Positions 1 through 10,849 are shown, counted from the stretch's first letter. The stretch: DNA of 32,000 nt from Bacillus subtilis subsp. subtilis str. 168 (GCF_000009045.1 NC_000964.3:1140001-1172000), one strand, 5' to 3'. The notes: a model not told the origin generated them from the sequence alone. Numbers and translations are program-made.

Positions 1-1
1 T

Positions 2-3000
2 ACAAACGCCTCAGCGGCAGAGATGAAGCACCGAATCGCAGAAGCCTTGGAAAAAGAGCTTGTACAGCGCCCCGGCTCGCTGCATATTAGACGCCAGCTG
101 TCTCTTTTAAACCGGGCCAGCATTTCGACGCTCCATTCCTTTTGCCTGCAAGTGCTGAAGAAATATTACTACTTGATCGATCTTGATCCGGGCTTTCGGA
201 TAGCTGATCAGACGGAAGGCGAGCTGATCGGGGATGAAGTGCTTGACGAGCTGTTTGAAGACGAATACGCAAAGGGCGAAAAGGCGTTTTTTGAGCTTGT
301 TGACCGCTATACGACAGACCGGCATGATCTGGATCTGCAATTTCTCGTTAAACAGGTGTACGAGTATTCCCGATCCCATCCCAACCCGGAGGCGTGGCTG
401 GAAAGCTTTGTTCATTTGTATGATGTATCAGAAAAGAGCGCCATCGAGGAGCTGCCGTTTTATCAATATGTCAAAGAAGATATTGCAATGGTGCTTAACG
501 GGGCGAAGGAAAAGCTCTTGCGCGCGCTTGAGCTGACGAAAGCGCCGGGCGGCCCGGCGCCGCGTGCTGACAATTTTCTTGATGATCTTGCTCAGATTGA
601 TGAACTGATTCAGCATCAGGACGATTTCAGTGAACTATATAAGCGGGTGCCCGCCGTCTCTTTTAAGCGTGCCAAAGCAGTAAAAGGGGATGAGTTCGAT
701 CCAGCGCTCCTTGATGAGGCGACAGATTTGAGGAACGGCGCAAAAAAACTGCTTGAAAAGCTCAAAACCGACTACTTCACGCGAAGTCCTGAACAGCACT
801 TGAAAAGCCTAGCCGAGATGAAGCCTGTCATTGAAACGCTCGTACAGCTTGTCATCAGCTATGGAAAACGATTCGAAGCTGCGAAACAGGAAAAATCAAT
901 CATCGATTTTTCGGATTTGGAGCATTACTGTTTAGCGATTTTGACAGCTGAGAATGACAAAGGTGAACGTGAGCCGAGCGAGGCTGCAAGGTTTTATCAG
1001 GAACAGTTTCATGAGGTGCTCGTTGACGAATATCAGGATACCAACCTCGTGCAGGAATCGATTCTGCAGCTCGTCACAAGCGGTCCGGAGGAGACTGGTA
1101 ACCTGTTTATGGTAGGAGATGTCAAACAGTCGATTTATCGATTCAGGCTTGCGGAGCCGCTTCTTTTCCTCTCTAAATACAAACGGTTTACAGAGAGCGG
1201 AGAAGGCACGGGGCGGAAAATCGATTTAAATAAAAATTTCCGAAGCCGGGCTGATATTTTAGACAGCACAAACTTTTTATTTAAACAGCTGATGGGCGGC
1301 AAAATCGGTGAGGTCGATTATGACGAGCAGGCTGAGCTGAAGCTTGGTGCAGCGTATCCGGACAATGACGAGACGGAAACAGAGCTGCTGCTGATCGACA
1401 ACGCAGAAGATACGGATGCAAGCGAGGAAGCAGAAGAGCTTGAAACGGTGCAGTTTGAGGCAAAAGCCATCGCTAAGGAAATTCGTAAGCTGATTTCATC
1501 GCCGTTTAAGGTGTATGACGGAAAAAAGAAAACACATCGCAATATTCAATACCGAGATATCGTGATTTTGCTCCGTTCGATGCCGTGGGCTCCGCAAATC
1601 ATGGAGGAGCTGAGAGCACAGGGCATACCGGTTTACGCCAATTTAACGTCAGGCTATTTTGAAGCGGTCGAAGTCGCCGTCGCGCTTTCTGTGCTGAAGG
1701 TGATTGATAATCCGTATCAGGATATACCGCTTGCCTCTGTGCTGCGCTCACCGATTGTCGGAGCAGATGAAAACGAGCTGTCTTTGATCCGGCTTGAAAA
1801 TAAAAAAGCGCCGTACTATGAGGCGATGAAAGACTACCTGGCTGCTGGTGACCGGAGCGATGAGCTTTATCAAAAGTTAAATACGTTTTACGGACATCTG
1901 CAAAAATGGCGCGCGTTTTCGAAAAACCACTCAGTATCTGAGCTGATTTGGGAAGTGTACCGCGACACCAAATATATGGATTATGTCGGCGGCATGCCGG
2001 GCGGAAAACAGCGCCAGGCCAATTTGCGTGTTCTTTATGACAGGGCGCGTCAATATGAATCAACGGCATTTCGCGGCTTGTTCCGTTTCCTGCGGTTTAT
2101 CGAACGCATGCAGGAGCGGGGCGATGATCTTGGTACGGCGAGAGCGCTCAGCGAGCAGGAGGATGTTGTCCGCTTAATGACGATCCACAGCAGCAAAGGG
2201 CTCGAATTTCCAGTCGTGTTTGTAGCAGGTCTCGGCCGGAATTTCAACATGATGGATTTGAACAAATCGTACCTGCTGGATAAGGAGCTCGGATTTGGCA
2301 CGAAGTATATTCATCCGCAATTACGCATCAGCTATCCGACACTTCCGCTCATTGCGATGAAGAAAAAAATGCGCAGGGAGCTGCTGTCAGAGGAATTGCG
2401 TGTGCTCTATGTTGCATTAACGAGAGCGAAGGAAAAGCTGTTTCTGATTGGCTCATGTAAGGATCATCAGAAACAGCTTGCAAAATGGCAGGCATCCGCG
2501 TCCCAAACTGATTGGCTTCTGCCGGAATTTGACCGCTATCAGGCGAGAACGTATCTAGATTTCATTGGGCCGGCTCTTGCCAGGCACAGAGACTTGGGGG
2601 ATTTGGCTGGTGTGCCAGCACACGCTGACATCTCAGGTCACCCGGCTCGTTTTGCCGTTCAAATGATCCATTCCTATGATTTGCTTGATGATGATCTGGA
2701 AGAAAGAATGGAAGAAAAAAGCGAGCGCCTAGAAGCGATCCGCCGAGGTGAACCAGTTCCCGGCTCGTTTGCGTTTGATGAAAAAGCCCGCGAGCAGCTG
2801 AGCTGGACCTACCCGCATCAAGAAGTGACGCAAATTCGGACAAAGCAATCAGTTTCTGAGATCAAGAGAAAAAGAGAGTACGAGGATGAATACAGCGGCA
2901 GGGCCCCTGTAAAACCGGCTGATGGAAGCATTCTGTACAGACGTCCCGCTTTTATGATGAAAAAAGGCCTGACAGCGGCAGAGAAAGGGACTGCCATGCA

Positions 3001-3505
3001 TACGGTTATGCAGCATATCCCGCTGTCACATGTGCCGTCGATAGAAGAAGCTGAGCAGACGGTTCACAGGCTTTATGAAAAAGAGCTTCTCACTGAAGAA
3101 CAAAAAGACGCTATTGATATAGAAGAAATCGTGCAATTTTTCCATACAGAAATCGGCGGACAGCTGATCGGTGCTAAGTGGAAGGACCGGGAAATACCAT
3201 TCAGCTTAGCGCTTCCGGCCAAGGAGATCTATCCTGATGCACACGAGGCAGATGAGCCGCTTTTAGTGCAGGGTATTATTGACTGTCTCTATGAAACTGA
3301 GGACGGATTATATCTATTGGATTATAAGTCGGACCGGATTGAGGGCAAATTCCAGCATGGATTTGAAGGAGCGGCCCCGATCTTGAAGAAACGATATGAA
3401 ACGCAAATTCAGCTGTACACGAAGGCAGTGGAGCAAATTGCAAAAACAAAGGTAAAGGGATGTGCGCTTTATTTCTTTGACGGAGGGCACATTCTGACAT
3501 TATAG
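2..3505 (+). CDS. addA: ATP-dependent helicase/nuclease subunit A (AddA), 5' end outside the window
   Basis: Open frame runs off the left edge (2..3505, stop TAG/TAA region at 3503-3505). UvrD/Rep-type helicase motifs ([58 protein letters not shown]) and a C-terminal AddA/RecB-type nuclease domain ([21 protein letters not shown]). Confidence 0.97.
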
Positions 3506-3576
3506 CGAGATCCATAAGCTCCGGAATTTCAGGCGGAGCGGGTCTCGTTTTCTATATAAAAGAGAGGTGAAAGCAT

Positions 3577-4752
3577 TTGCGGATTTTACATACGGCTGAC
3601 TGGCATCTTGGAAAAACGCTTGAAGGAAGAAGCAGGCTGAGTGAACAGGCCGATGTGCTGGATGAACTGAATACGATTGTAAAGGATGAGCAGATCGATG
3701 CCATTGTAATGGCGGGGGATGCATTTGACACCGTAAACCCGCCAGCTTTAGCCGAGCAGCTGTTTTATGAAAGCCTGTCTGCGCTTAGCGACAGAGGAAA
3801 GCGCCCGATCGTCGTCATTGCCGGAAATCACGATAATCCTGACCGTTTGTCCGCCGCTTCACCGCTGACACATGAAAACGGCATTCATTTAATCGGTTAT
3901 CCGACAACAGAGCCGATTCATATTGAAGTGCCTTCAGCAGGAGAGCTTTTGGCGGTTGGAGCGCTGGCGTACCCATCTGAAGCGCGGTTAAATGAAGTGC
4001 TATCCGATACGTTTGATGAAAAGCTGCTCCGTGATCACTATGATGTGAAAATCAGGCAGGCGTTTGAGCATATGACAAGCCGGTTCCGGACCGATGCAGT
4101 GAAGATTGCCGCCAGCCATATTTATGTGGCAGGCGGAAACCAAACCGATTCAGAGCGGCCGATTGAAGTCGGCGGTGCATACACGGTGGCTGCTGAAAGC
4201 CTGCCGGCAGATGCCGCTTACGTTGCGCTCGGCCATTTGCATCGCCCGCAAACGATCAAGCGGGCGCGGACGCTTGCGCGTTATTCAGGATCTCCGCTCG
4301 CCTACAGCTTTTCTGAAGCGGGCTACGCTAAATCAGTGACGATTGTGGACGCAAAGCCTGGGGAAGAGGCCACTTGGCAAGAGGTGTTATTATCAAGCGG
4401 CAAGCCACTTGTGAAGTGGAAAGCGGCAAATGGATTAAGTGAGGTGTACAGCTGGCTGGATGAAGGCAGAGATCAGAATGCTTGGATTGACTTGGAAATC
4501 CGTGTCGCGGACCAGCTGTCACTTGAAGAGATTCACAGGCTGCGGAAGGCGCACCCGGGCTTTATCCATATCAGGCCGGTTTTTGAAGAACAGAACAAAG
4601 ACCGGGAACGGATCGAGGTTAAACATGTCTCAATCGAGGACCGCTTTAAGAAATTTTATGAAAAACAAACTGGCGGTGCGGTGCCGGATGAAGAAATGGT
4701 GAAGCTGTTTTTAGAGCTTGCATCAGGCGTTGAAGAGGAGGATGCGAAATGA
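3577..4752 (+). CDS. sbcD: Nuclease SbcCD subunit D (Mre11-like), TTG start
   Basis: 391 aa; MRILHTADWHLGKTLEG, GDAFDTVNPP, GNHDNPDR and YVALGHLHRPQ phosphoesterase motifs; RBS-like GAGAGGTGA upstream of TTG; 4-bp overlap with sbcC. Confidence 0.96.
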   Translation: MRILHTADWHLGKTLEGRSRLSEQADVLDELNTIVKDEQIDAIVMAGDAFDTVNPPALAEQLFYESLSALSDRGKRPIVVIAGNHDNPDRLSAASPLTHENGIHLIGYPTTEPIHIEVPSAGELLAVGALAYPSEARLNEVLSDTFDEKLLRDHYDVKIRQAFEHMTSRFRTDAVKIAASHIYVAGGNQTDSERPIEVGGAYTVAAESLPADAAYVALGHLHRPQTIKRARTLARYSGSPLAYSFSEAGYAKSVTIVDAKPGEEATWQEVLLSSGKPLVKWKAANGLSEVYSWLDEGRDQNAWIDLEIRVADQLSLEEIHRLRKAHPGFIHIRPVFEEQNKDRERIEVKHVSIEDRFKKFYEKQTGGAVPDEEMVKLFLELASGVEEEDAK

Positions 4753-7700
4753 AGCCGATCGCCTTAAGCATTAAGGGGCTCCACAGCTTTAGAGAGGAGC
4801 AGACGATAGATTTTGAAGGCCTTTCCGGTGCCGGTGTTTTCGGCATTTTCGGCCCGACAGGAAGCGGTAAATCCTCTATACTCGACGCAATGACGCTTGC
4901 TTTATACGGAAAGGTGGAACGGGCGGCGAATAATACGCACGGAATCTTAAATCACGCCGAAGATACGCTGTCTGTGTCCTTTACCTTTGCGCTTCAGACG
5001 AATCACCAAATCTCATACAAAGTCGAGCGTGTGTTTAAGAGAACGGATGAAATGAAGGTAAAAACGGCACTTTGCCGCTTCATCGAAATCAAGGACGAGC
5101 ATACGGTGCTGGCTGATAAAGCCAGCGAAGTGAATAAAAGAGTGGAGGAGCTCTTAGGGCTGACGATCGACGATTTTACGAGAGCGGTGGTGCTGCCCCA
5201 AGGGAAATTTGCTGAATTTCTGTCTTTAAAAGGGGCAGAGCGCAGGCATATGCTTCAGCGTTTATTTAATTTGGAGCAATATGGAGACAGGCTTGTGAAA
5301 AAGCTGAGACGGCAGGCGCAGGAAGCCAATGCGAGAAAAAATGAAATGCTTGCTGAACAGTCCGGTCTCGGTGAGGCGAGCTCAGAGGCAGTGGAGCAGG
5401 CTGAAAAGGTTCTCGAACAAGCTGAAGCCCGGCTGGAAGCGATGAGGAAGAACCGTGATCAGGCGAAGGAGCGGTTTACAGAGCATCAGGAGATATGGAA
5501 TGTCCAAAAGGAAAAATCCACTTATGAAGAAGAGGAAAAACGTCTCGCAGAAGAACAGCCGCATATAGACAGCATGCAAAAACGCCTGCTGGAAGCAGAA
5601 ACAGCAGCAGCCCTTAAGCCCTATGCGGACCGGTACGCAGAAGCGATCCAGCATGAGGAGCAAGCTGAAAAGGAACAAACGCTAGCCCAAAAGGATTTAG
5701 CAGACCGGACAGCTTTCTTTCAGCAAAAACATGAAGAGTATGAAGCGTGGCGCCAGCATAAAAGCGAGAAAGAGCCTGAGCTTTTAGCCAAACAGGAACA
5801 GCTTTCACGCTTGCAGGAAATCGAAATCAAACTGAGTGAGGCCAAGCAAGAGGAAGAGCGCAAAAAGGCTGACCTCCGGCAGAAAGAAGAGGCTCTTCAA
5901 TCTGTCATGAATGAATTAGAGACCGTAACAGACCGCCTGACACGAGGGCAAAACAGACAGACAGAATTGAAGCAGCAGCTCAAATCCCTGCAGGTGACAT
6001 CCGATGAGCGAAAAAGCTGCCAGCAGGCCGCAGAGATGGCATTGCGCATCAGACAAACCGAGGAACAAATCAAAAAAGAGAAAAAACGAAGTGAAGAATT
6101 GAACCTCGTGCTGCAGAAGATGAATGAAGAGAAGAATACACTCGTTCAAAAGACGGAAGCGGAAGAAAACAACATCATTCAGGCATATGAGGCAGTTCAA
6201 ACTGTGTACCATTTGGTGTGCGAAACGGAACGCTCATTAACACGTATGACGGAAGAGGCTAGAAAGAGTCAACACACGCTTCACTTACAGCGTGAAAAAG
6301 CAAGGGTGGCACTGCTGACAAAAGAGTTAGCCCAAAAGCTGACTGCCGGAAAGCCTTGCCCGGTATGCGGTTCAACCGATCATGATCCATCTGCCTCGGT
6401 ACATGAAACGTATGAAGCCGACAGCCATCTTGAAGAGGACATCAAACGGACAGATGTGTTATTGACGGAAGCTGCAGCTCTCAGCCAGGAGATTCTTTCA
6501 GCCAAAATTATGCTTGAAGAACAGTCCGCGCGCTTTATTGAACAGTGTCCGTTTTTGCAGACAATTCAAGCACAGAACCTTGAAGCGGCAGCTTCCTTCG
6601 AACATCAGCCGGTGTATGAAGCATTTGAAACTGCCAAATTTGAATGGAAACGAATCAAGCAGGACATTCTTTCTGTTAAGACACGAATGGCACAAATGAT
6701 TGGCGCCTATCAGGAGTCTTTAAAAAAGGCCGAGCAGCTTAATGAAAAAATCGGTTTTGAAAAAAGAGAAGCCGACCGTATTGAAAGCATCATCAGTGAG
6801 CTTCAATCCTCAATGGACAGCAGTCTGAACATGTTTAAAGAAGCATTTCAGAATCAATCTGTGGACGAAGCAGAAAAATGGCAGCAAGCCATTGAAGAAA
6901 AGGACCGGGCTGCAGAAGAATGTGAAAAACGAATTGAGAAGAGTATCGCGTTTCTTGCTGAGCATGAAGCACAAAAGGAAAAACTGCGGGAATCGGGACA
7001 CCGGCTTGAGCGGGAAAAGCTGGAGCTTCATTATGCGGCTGAACGCATCAAGAGCGTGATAGCTGATTATGAGCACGAACTCGGAGATTATGCAAAAGGA
7101 GATTCGATTCAAATCAAACTCCGCTCTGTCCAGCAGGATCTAAAGCTGTTAAAGGAAAAAGAACAATCTTTATATGAAGAACTGCAAAGCGCCCAAATGA
7201 AGCTCAACCAAGCGAAAAGCCGCGCTTCTGCAAGCGAGCTCACTCTTCAAGAGGCGAAGGGCAGATTGGAAAAAGCAAAAGCTGCTTGGCTTGAGCATAC
7301 AAAAAACACCTCCATTACCCGGACTGAGGAGGTTGAACAAAGTCTCATCCCAGCTGATGAACTTGAAAAGATGAAAACCGGCATAGACCAGTTTATGGAT
7401 AAACTGAAGCAAAATGCTGCAAACTTAAAACGAGTAGCAGAGATACTTGCCGGCAGAGCATTATCAGAGAGCGAATGGAACGAAACCGTTGCAGCATTAC
7501 AAGAAGCTGAGGACGCATTTGGCGCTGCTATAGAGGAAAAAGGCGCGGCCGCAAAAGCACTGGCTGTCATTCGCGACCATCATAAACGGTTTAATGAAAT
7601 TGAAGCTGAACTGAAAAAATGGCAGATGCATATCGACAGGCTGGACAAGCTGCAAGCTGTGTTTAAAGGCAATACCTTCGTCGAATTTTTAGCTGAGGAG

Positions 7701-8141
7701 CAGCTTGAAAGCGTTGCGAGGGACGCCTCAGCAAGACTCAGTATGCTGACAAGACAGCGCTATGCCATCGAAGTAGATTCTGAGGGCGGCTTCGTGATGC
7801 GGGATGACGCGAATGGAGGCGTACGACGCCCGGTTTCCAGTTTGTCTGGAGGAGAGACCTTCCTCACCTCGCTTTCACTTGCTCTTGCGCTGTCTGCGCA
7901 GATTCAGCTTCGGGGGGAATACCCGCTGCAGTTCTTTTTCTTAGATGAAGGCTTCGGCACACTGGATCAAGATCTGCTTGATACGGTTGTAACGGCCTTG
8001 GAAAAACTTCAGTCAGACAACCTGGCTGTCGGTGTCATCAGCCATGTGCAGGAACTGCGTGCACGGCTTCCGAAAAAGCTGATCGTCCATCCGGCTGAAC
8101 CGAGCGGCCGCGGTACGCGGGTATCACTTGAGTTGATGTAA
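4749..8141 (+). CDS. sbcC: Nuclease SbcCD subunit C (Rad50-like SMC ATPase)
   Basis: 1130 aa; Walker A GPTGSGKSSILDAM near N-terminus, zinc hook CPVCGS in the centre of a long coiled coil, signature LSGGETFLTSLSLALALS and Walker B FFLDEGFGTLD at the C-terminus. Confidence 0.97.
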   Translation: MKPIALSIKGLHSFREEQTIDFEGLSGAGVFGIFGPTGSGKSSILDAMTLALYGKVERAANNTHGILNHAEDTLSVSFTFALQTNHQISYKVERVFKRTDEMKVKTALCRFIEIKDEHTVLADKASEVNKRVEELLGLTIDDFTRAVVLPQGKFAEFLSLKGAERRHMLQRLFNLEQYGDRLVKKLRRQAQEANARKNEMLAEQSGLGEASSEAVEQAEKVLEQAEARLEAMRKNRDQAKERFTEHQEIWNVQKEKSTYEEEEKRLAEEQPHIDSMQKRLLEAETAAALKPYADRYAEAIQHEEQAEKEQTLAQKDLADRTAFFQQKHEEYEAWRQHKSEKEPELLAKQEQLSRLQEIEIKLSEAKQEEERKKADLRQKEEALQSVMNELETVTDRLTRGQNRQTELKQQLKSLQVTSDERKSCQQAAEMALRIRQTEEQIKKEKKRSEELNLVLQKMNEEKNTLVQKTEAEENNIIQAYEAVQTVYHLVCETERSLTRMTEEARKSQHTLHLQREKARVALLTKELAQKLTAGKPCPVCGSTDHDPSASVHETYEADSHLEEDIKRTDVLLTEAAALSQEILSAKIMLEEQSARFIEQCPFLQTIQAQNLEAAASFEHQPVYEAFETAKFEWKRIKQDILSVKTRMAQMIGAYQESLKKAEQLNEKIGFEKREADRIESIISELQSSMDSSLNMFKEAFQNQSVDEAEKWQQAIEEKDRAAEECEKRIEKSIAFLAEHEAQKEKLRESGHRLEREKLELHYAAERIKSVIADYEHELGDYAKGDSIQIKLRSVQQDLKLLKEKEQSLYEELQSAQMKLNQAKSRASASELTLQEAKGRLEKAKAAWLEHTKNTSITRTEEVEQSLIPADELEKMKTGIDQFMDKLKQNAANLKRVAEILAGRALSESEWNETVAALQEAEDAFGAAIEEKGAAAKALAVIRDHHKRFNEIEAELKKWQMHIDRLDKLQAVFKGNTFVEFLAEEQLESVARDASARLSMLTRQRYAIEVDSEGGFVMRDDANGGVRRPVSSLSGGETFLTSLSLALALSAQIQLRGEYPLQFFFLDEGFGTLDQDLLDTVVTALEKLQSDNLAVGVISHVQELRARLPKKLIVHPAEPSGRGTRVSLELM

Positions 8142-8154
8142 GGGAGGAGCGGAT

Positions 8155-8457
8155 ATGGCAAAGCAGATTGCCGGAATATGTGAGCTGTGCGGCCGGAGCG
8201 ATGTCCAGCTGACAGAGCATCATCTTACACCGAAAGAGGAAGGCGGAACGTTTTTGCCGACAGCGATGCTCTGTATTCCTTGTCATAAACAGATTCATGC
8301 CTTATATACCAATCAAGAGCTCGCTGTACGTTTAAATGGAATGGCTGAACTCAGAAGCGATCCAGAGCTTGCCCGGTTTGTCAAATGGATCAGAAAACAG
8401 CCGCCTGAGAAGCTGATCAAAACTAAGAAATCAAATGAACGAAAAAAGAAAAAATGA
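8155..8457 (+). CDS. hlpB: HNH-type zinc/nuclease-like small protein (YisB/HlpB)
   Basis: 100 aa; CELCGRSDVQLTEHHLTP...LCIPCHKQIHALYTNQEL (CxxC/HH/CxxCH..H HNH pattern); RBS GGAGCGG; 13 bp after the sbcC stop. Confidence 0.85.
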   Translation: MAKQIAGICELCGRSDVQLTEHHLTPKEEGGTFLPTAMLCIPCHKQIHALYTNQELAVRLNGMAELRSDPELARFVKWIRKQPPEKLIKTKKSNERKKKK

Positions 8458-8460
8458 CTA

Positions 8461-8495
8461 AAAAGCAGCCCTCTCTTTGCAGAGCGGCTGCTTTT
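8461..8495. terminator. Bidirectional Rho-independent terminator between hlpB and gerPF
   Basis: AAAAGCAGCC-CTCT-CTTTGC-AGAG-C-GGCTGCTTTT: stem with A-tract and T-tract on both sides, between convergent genes. Confidence 0.85.
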
Positions 8496-8712
8496 ATCCG
8501 TTTCCAACCATATCCTGATCGTTGACATCGGGGTCTATATAATTTGTCGCGTTGACTGCATTATTTAATAGAAGGAAATCTCCCGTGTTTCCTGCTCCCG
8601 AACCGAGCGCAGATTTTGAAGAGCTTTTCGGAGAAAGGTAAAAGGAATCACCAAAGTTTACGACTCCGCCCGATATGGAATTGATAGCTATAGGCCCGAC
8701 AATTGCTGGCAT
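8494..8712 (-). CDS. gerPF: Spore germination protein GerPF
   Basis: MPAIVGPIAINSISGGVVNFGDSFYLSPKSSSKSALGSGAGNTGDF..., GerPA/PF family; ATG at 8712 has better RBS spacing than GTG at 8721. Confidence 0.93.
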   Translation of the reverse strand: MPAIVGPIAINSISGGVVNFGDSFYLSPKSSSKSALGSGAGNTGDFLLLNNAVNATNYIDPDVNDQDMVGNG

Positions 8713-8743
8713 AAACGACACCCTTTATCGAAGTCTCTGTTTA

Positions 8744-9145
8744 TTATATGTTCTTGGCGGGCGATTGTGAGCGCGGAGACTGAATCTGTCTGATATGTTT
8801 GAGTCTCGCATCACCGCGAATAAGCGAAGCTGATCCGGCATGTAAAACAGAAGAGGCTGAGACCCCTTGAATTTTGATGCTGCGAACATAAATAGCCGGC
8901 ACCTCGTGGCAAAACGCGCTTTGTACACCTGTTTCGGGGAGCGGCTTCACGGCCTGCTGCTGAAAGATCTGATACTCCTTTTTGTTAAATGAGCCTTCAT
9001 TATGGTAAAACGTGGACAGAGAACGCTGCACAGCAAATACTTTTACACTCATATCGATTTCATTTGTGTCGCCAACTTGAAACACACTTGCGATCCCGAG
9101 AGAATTAAACTTAACTAGTCTGATGCGCGATATGCGTTTAAGCAT
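8744..9145 (-). CDS. gerPE: Spore germination protein GerPE
   Basis: 133 aa ORF; start overlaps the gerPD stop (TAATG); position in the gerP cluster. Confidence 0.92.
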
Positions 9146-9321
9146 TATTCTGGCGCAAGCGGAGCAAACGGCCCAATAATAAGAGATTCAGGCGGTGTAT
9201 CAAAAATAGAAGACAGGTAGATGGATTCAGTGTCTCCGATGTGGAAAACGGAGGAACTGGACACACCGTTCATCCGAATATCCCCGACTTCCAAGCTGCG
9301 GTTGATGACTGTAAAGATCAT
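9145..9321 (-). CDS. gerPD: Spore germination protein GerPD (58 aa, absent from the ORF track)
   Basis: Manual translation: [58 protein letters not shown]; GerPD-like; shares borders with gerPE and gerPC. Confidence 0.92.
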
Positions 9322-9935
9322 GCTTGCTCATCTCCTTTCATTTCTGATGGAATATGCTCCAGAAAGTGTTCTACAGCGCGGATGACATCACGCTTCACAT
9401 GCTCAGCGATATGTTCTGCATATTGTGCAGGCGGTGTATTTTCTTCTTTTTTGATATGGGACATATAATAGTGAATCCTGCTGTCCATTTGTTTTCTGAT
9501 GTCTTCAATAACATGATGTCTGTTTGTATCGTCAAGTCTGCTGTCATATTGATTTTCAAGCTGTTCCAAAATATCTGGGATTTCCTCGGTTAAGTACATG
9601 TCGACATTCTGGCGGATCTGCTGCATGAGCTGAGCGCTCTCTTCCTGCTGCATCATCCCGATTTGCGGTGTCGACTGGCTGACGTCAAAGTTTTGGACGC
9701 TGTTCGGGTCAGTCGGATTTAAACCGATATTCAAAGTCCCGTCGAGCCTTTCGATTTTCAGCTGATCAAATTTATACTCCACACGCTCAATGGTAGTGGC
9801 CGGCCGCTGTTTCATCGTATTCATTTCAGTTTGAATCTCTTTCAGCTGACGTTCGAGCTGCTGAATGTGAATCGCCTGCTGCTGAACGAAGGAATTCAAG
9901 TTTTGCAGGTAAGAGGAAACAGATTGATCATACAT
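9318..9935 (-). CDS. gerPC: Spore germination protein GerPC
   Basis: 205 aa from MYDQSVSSYLQNLNSFVQQQAIHIQQLERQLKEIQ; RBS AAAGAGGTG upstream of ATG at 9935; ends in a 4-bp overlap with gerPD. Confidence 0.93.
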   Translation of the reverse strand: MYDQSVSSYLQNLNSFVQQQAIHIQQLERQLKEIQTEMNTMKQRPATTIERVEYKFDQLKIERLDGTLNIGLNPTDPNSVQNFDVSQSTPQIGMMQQEESAQLMQQIRQNVDMYLTEEIPDILEQLENQYDSRLDDTNRHHVIEDIRKQMDSRIHYYMSHIKKEENTPPAQYAEHIAEHVKRDVIRAVEHFLEHIPSEMKGDEQA

Positions 9936-9957
9936 GTTCTTCACCTCTTTCATATGA

Positions 9958-10191
9958 TTAACGGCCAGGAGGCTGGAGCGGGACCAATGAACCTGTGTCG
10001 GGCTCCTGCAGCTGGAGCGGTTGCCCTGAGCCAGAAACTTCTGGTGCCGGCTCTACATAGCTTCCTGTATTATACAAATTTGACAGTGACTTGATTGATC
10101 CGGCGCTCCCGATTTGCAGAATGGAGGAGTTGCTGATTGATTCCAGCCGGAGATAGTTGATTTGAATGGTTTGATTAATATAGAAGTTCAT
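9958..10191 (-). CDS. gerPB: Spore germination protein GerPB
   Basis: 77 aa MNFYINQTIQINYLRLESISNSSILQIGSAGSIKSLS...; RBS AAAGGAGTGAGG precedes ATG at 10191. Confidence 0.93.
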   Translation of the reverse strand: MNFYINQTIQINYLRLESISNSSILQIGSAGSIKSLSNLYNTGSYVEPAPEVSGSGQPLQLQEPDTGSLVPLQPPGR

Positions 10192-10205
10192 GAGCCTCAC
10201 TCCTT

Positions 10206-10427
10206 TTACGCATTGGCCACGATCGGCTGATCAACCGCATCATTGTCATACACATTCGTCGCGTTTTGATAATTCATCACCTTGAGGCTGTCGCCGGTAT
10301 TAAAGCTGCCAGCACCGGCAAACGTTCTGACCTGAGCCTGAGGAGAAATCGTAATGCAGTCCCCGATGTGAACGACTCCGCTCGTACCAATCGCATTAAT
10401 TTTAAACGCTCCGACAATGGCCGGCAT
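10206..10427 (-). CDS. gerPA: Spore germination protein GerPA
   Basis: 73 aa [46 protein letters not shown]...; paralogous to GerPF. Confidence 0.95.
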
Positions 10428-10509
10428 ACGAGCACATCCTTTGTTGAAAAATTAAAAAAAGACAGGTAAAGTGAAATGACAATTCCGATTTCAATTGGGC
10501 TATTCACGA

Positions 10510-10536
10510 TAGCTTATGACAAACGCACATATGTGT
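10510..10536 (-). promoter_or_regulatory. Predicted sigma-K promoter of the gerP operon
   Basis: Minus strand reads AC-N16-CATAAGCTA (AC at 10536-10535, CATANNNTA at 10518-10510), matching the sigma-K consensus; about 80 nt upstream of the gerPA start. Confidence 0.75.
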
Positions 10537-10849
10537 GAGAGAAATTTTAAGGGGACATATCGGCTCTTTGTGAAAGCGTTTTATTTTTTCGGGCCGTTAT
10601 GTTTAAACATGGCAAAAGAGGATGTTGGGTATAAATTGAGCGGAAATGCGGCGAAGGATGCCGCTATCCGCCTATGGTGATTTTTGTTTATTTCTTTGGT
10701 GTTTTTGCGTGTAGAATGCTTTTTGGAGTATGTCGTGCTGCGGTATTCGATTTTTGGGCGGGCACATTCTCGCCCTGAGGTATATCTCAGAAGTGCTGAG
10801 CAAAAATCGGAGTTAAATGTGGTGTATTCTAATTGTTATAGAAAATGAT

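Noticed and set aside
2562-3515. Minus-strand ORFs inside addA
   Set aside because: Antisense to a well-supported helicase/nuclease coding sequence, with no independent evidence.
5382-7570. Series of minus-strand ORFs (98, 98, 100, 107 aa and others) opposite sbcC
   Set aside because: Leu/Phe/Cys-rich antisense frames are a by-product of Glu/Lys/Ala/Gln-rich coiled-coil codons in sbcC. None has a convincing RBS or family similarity.
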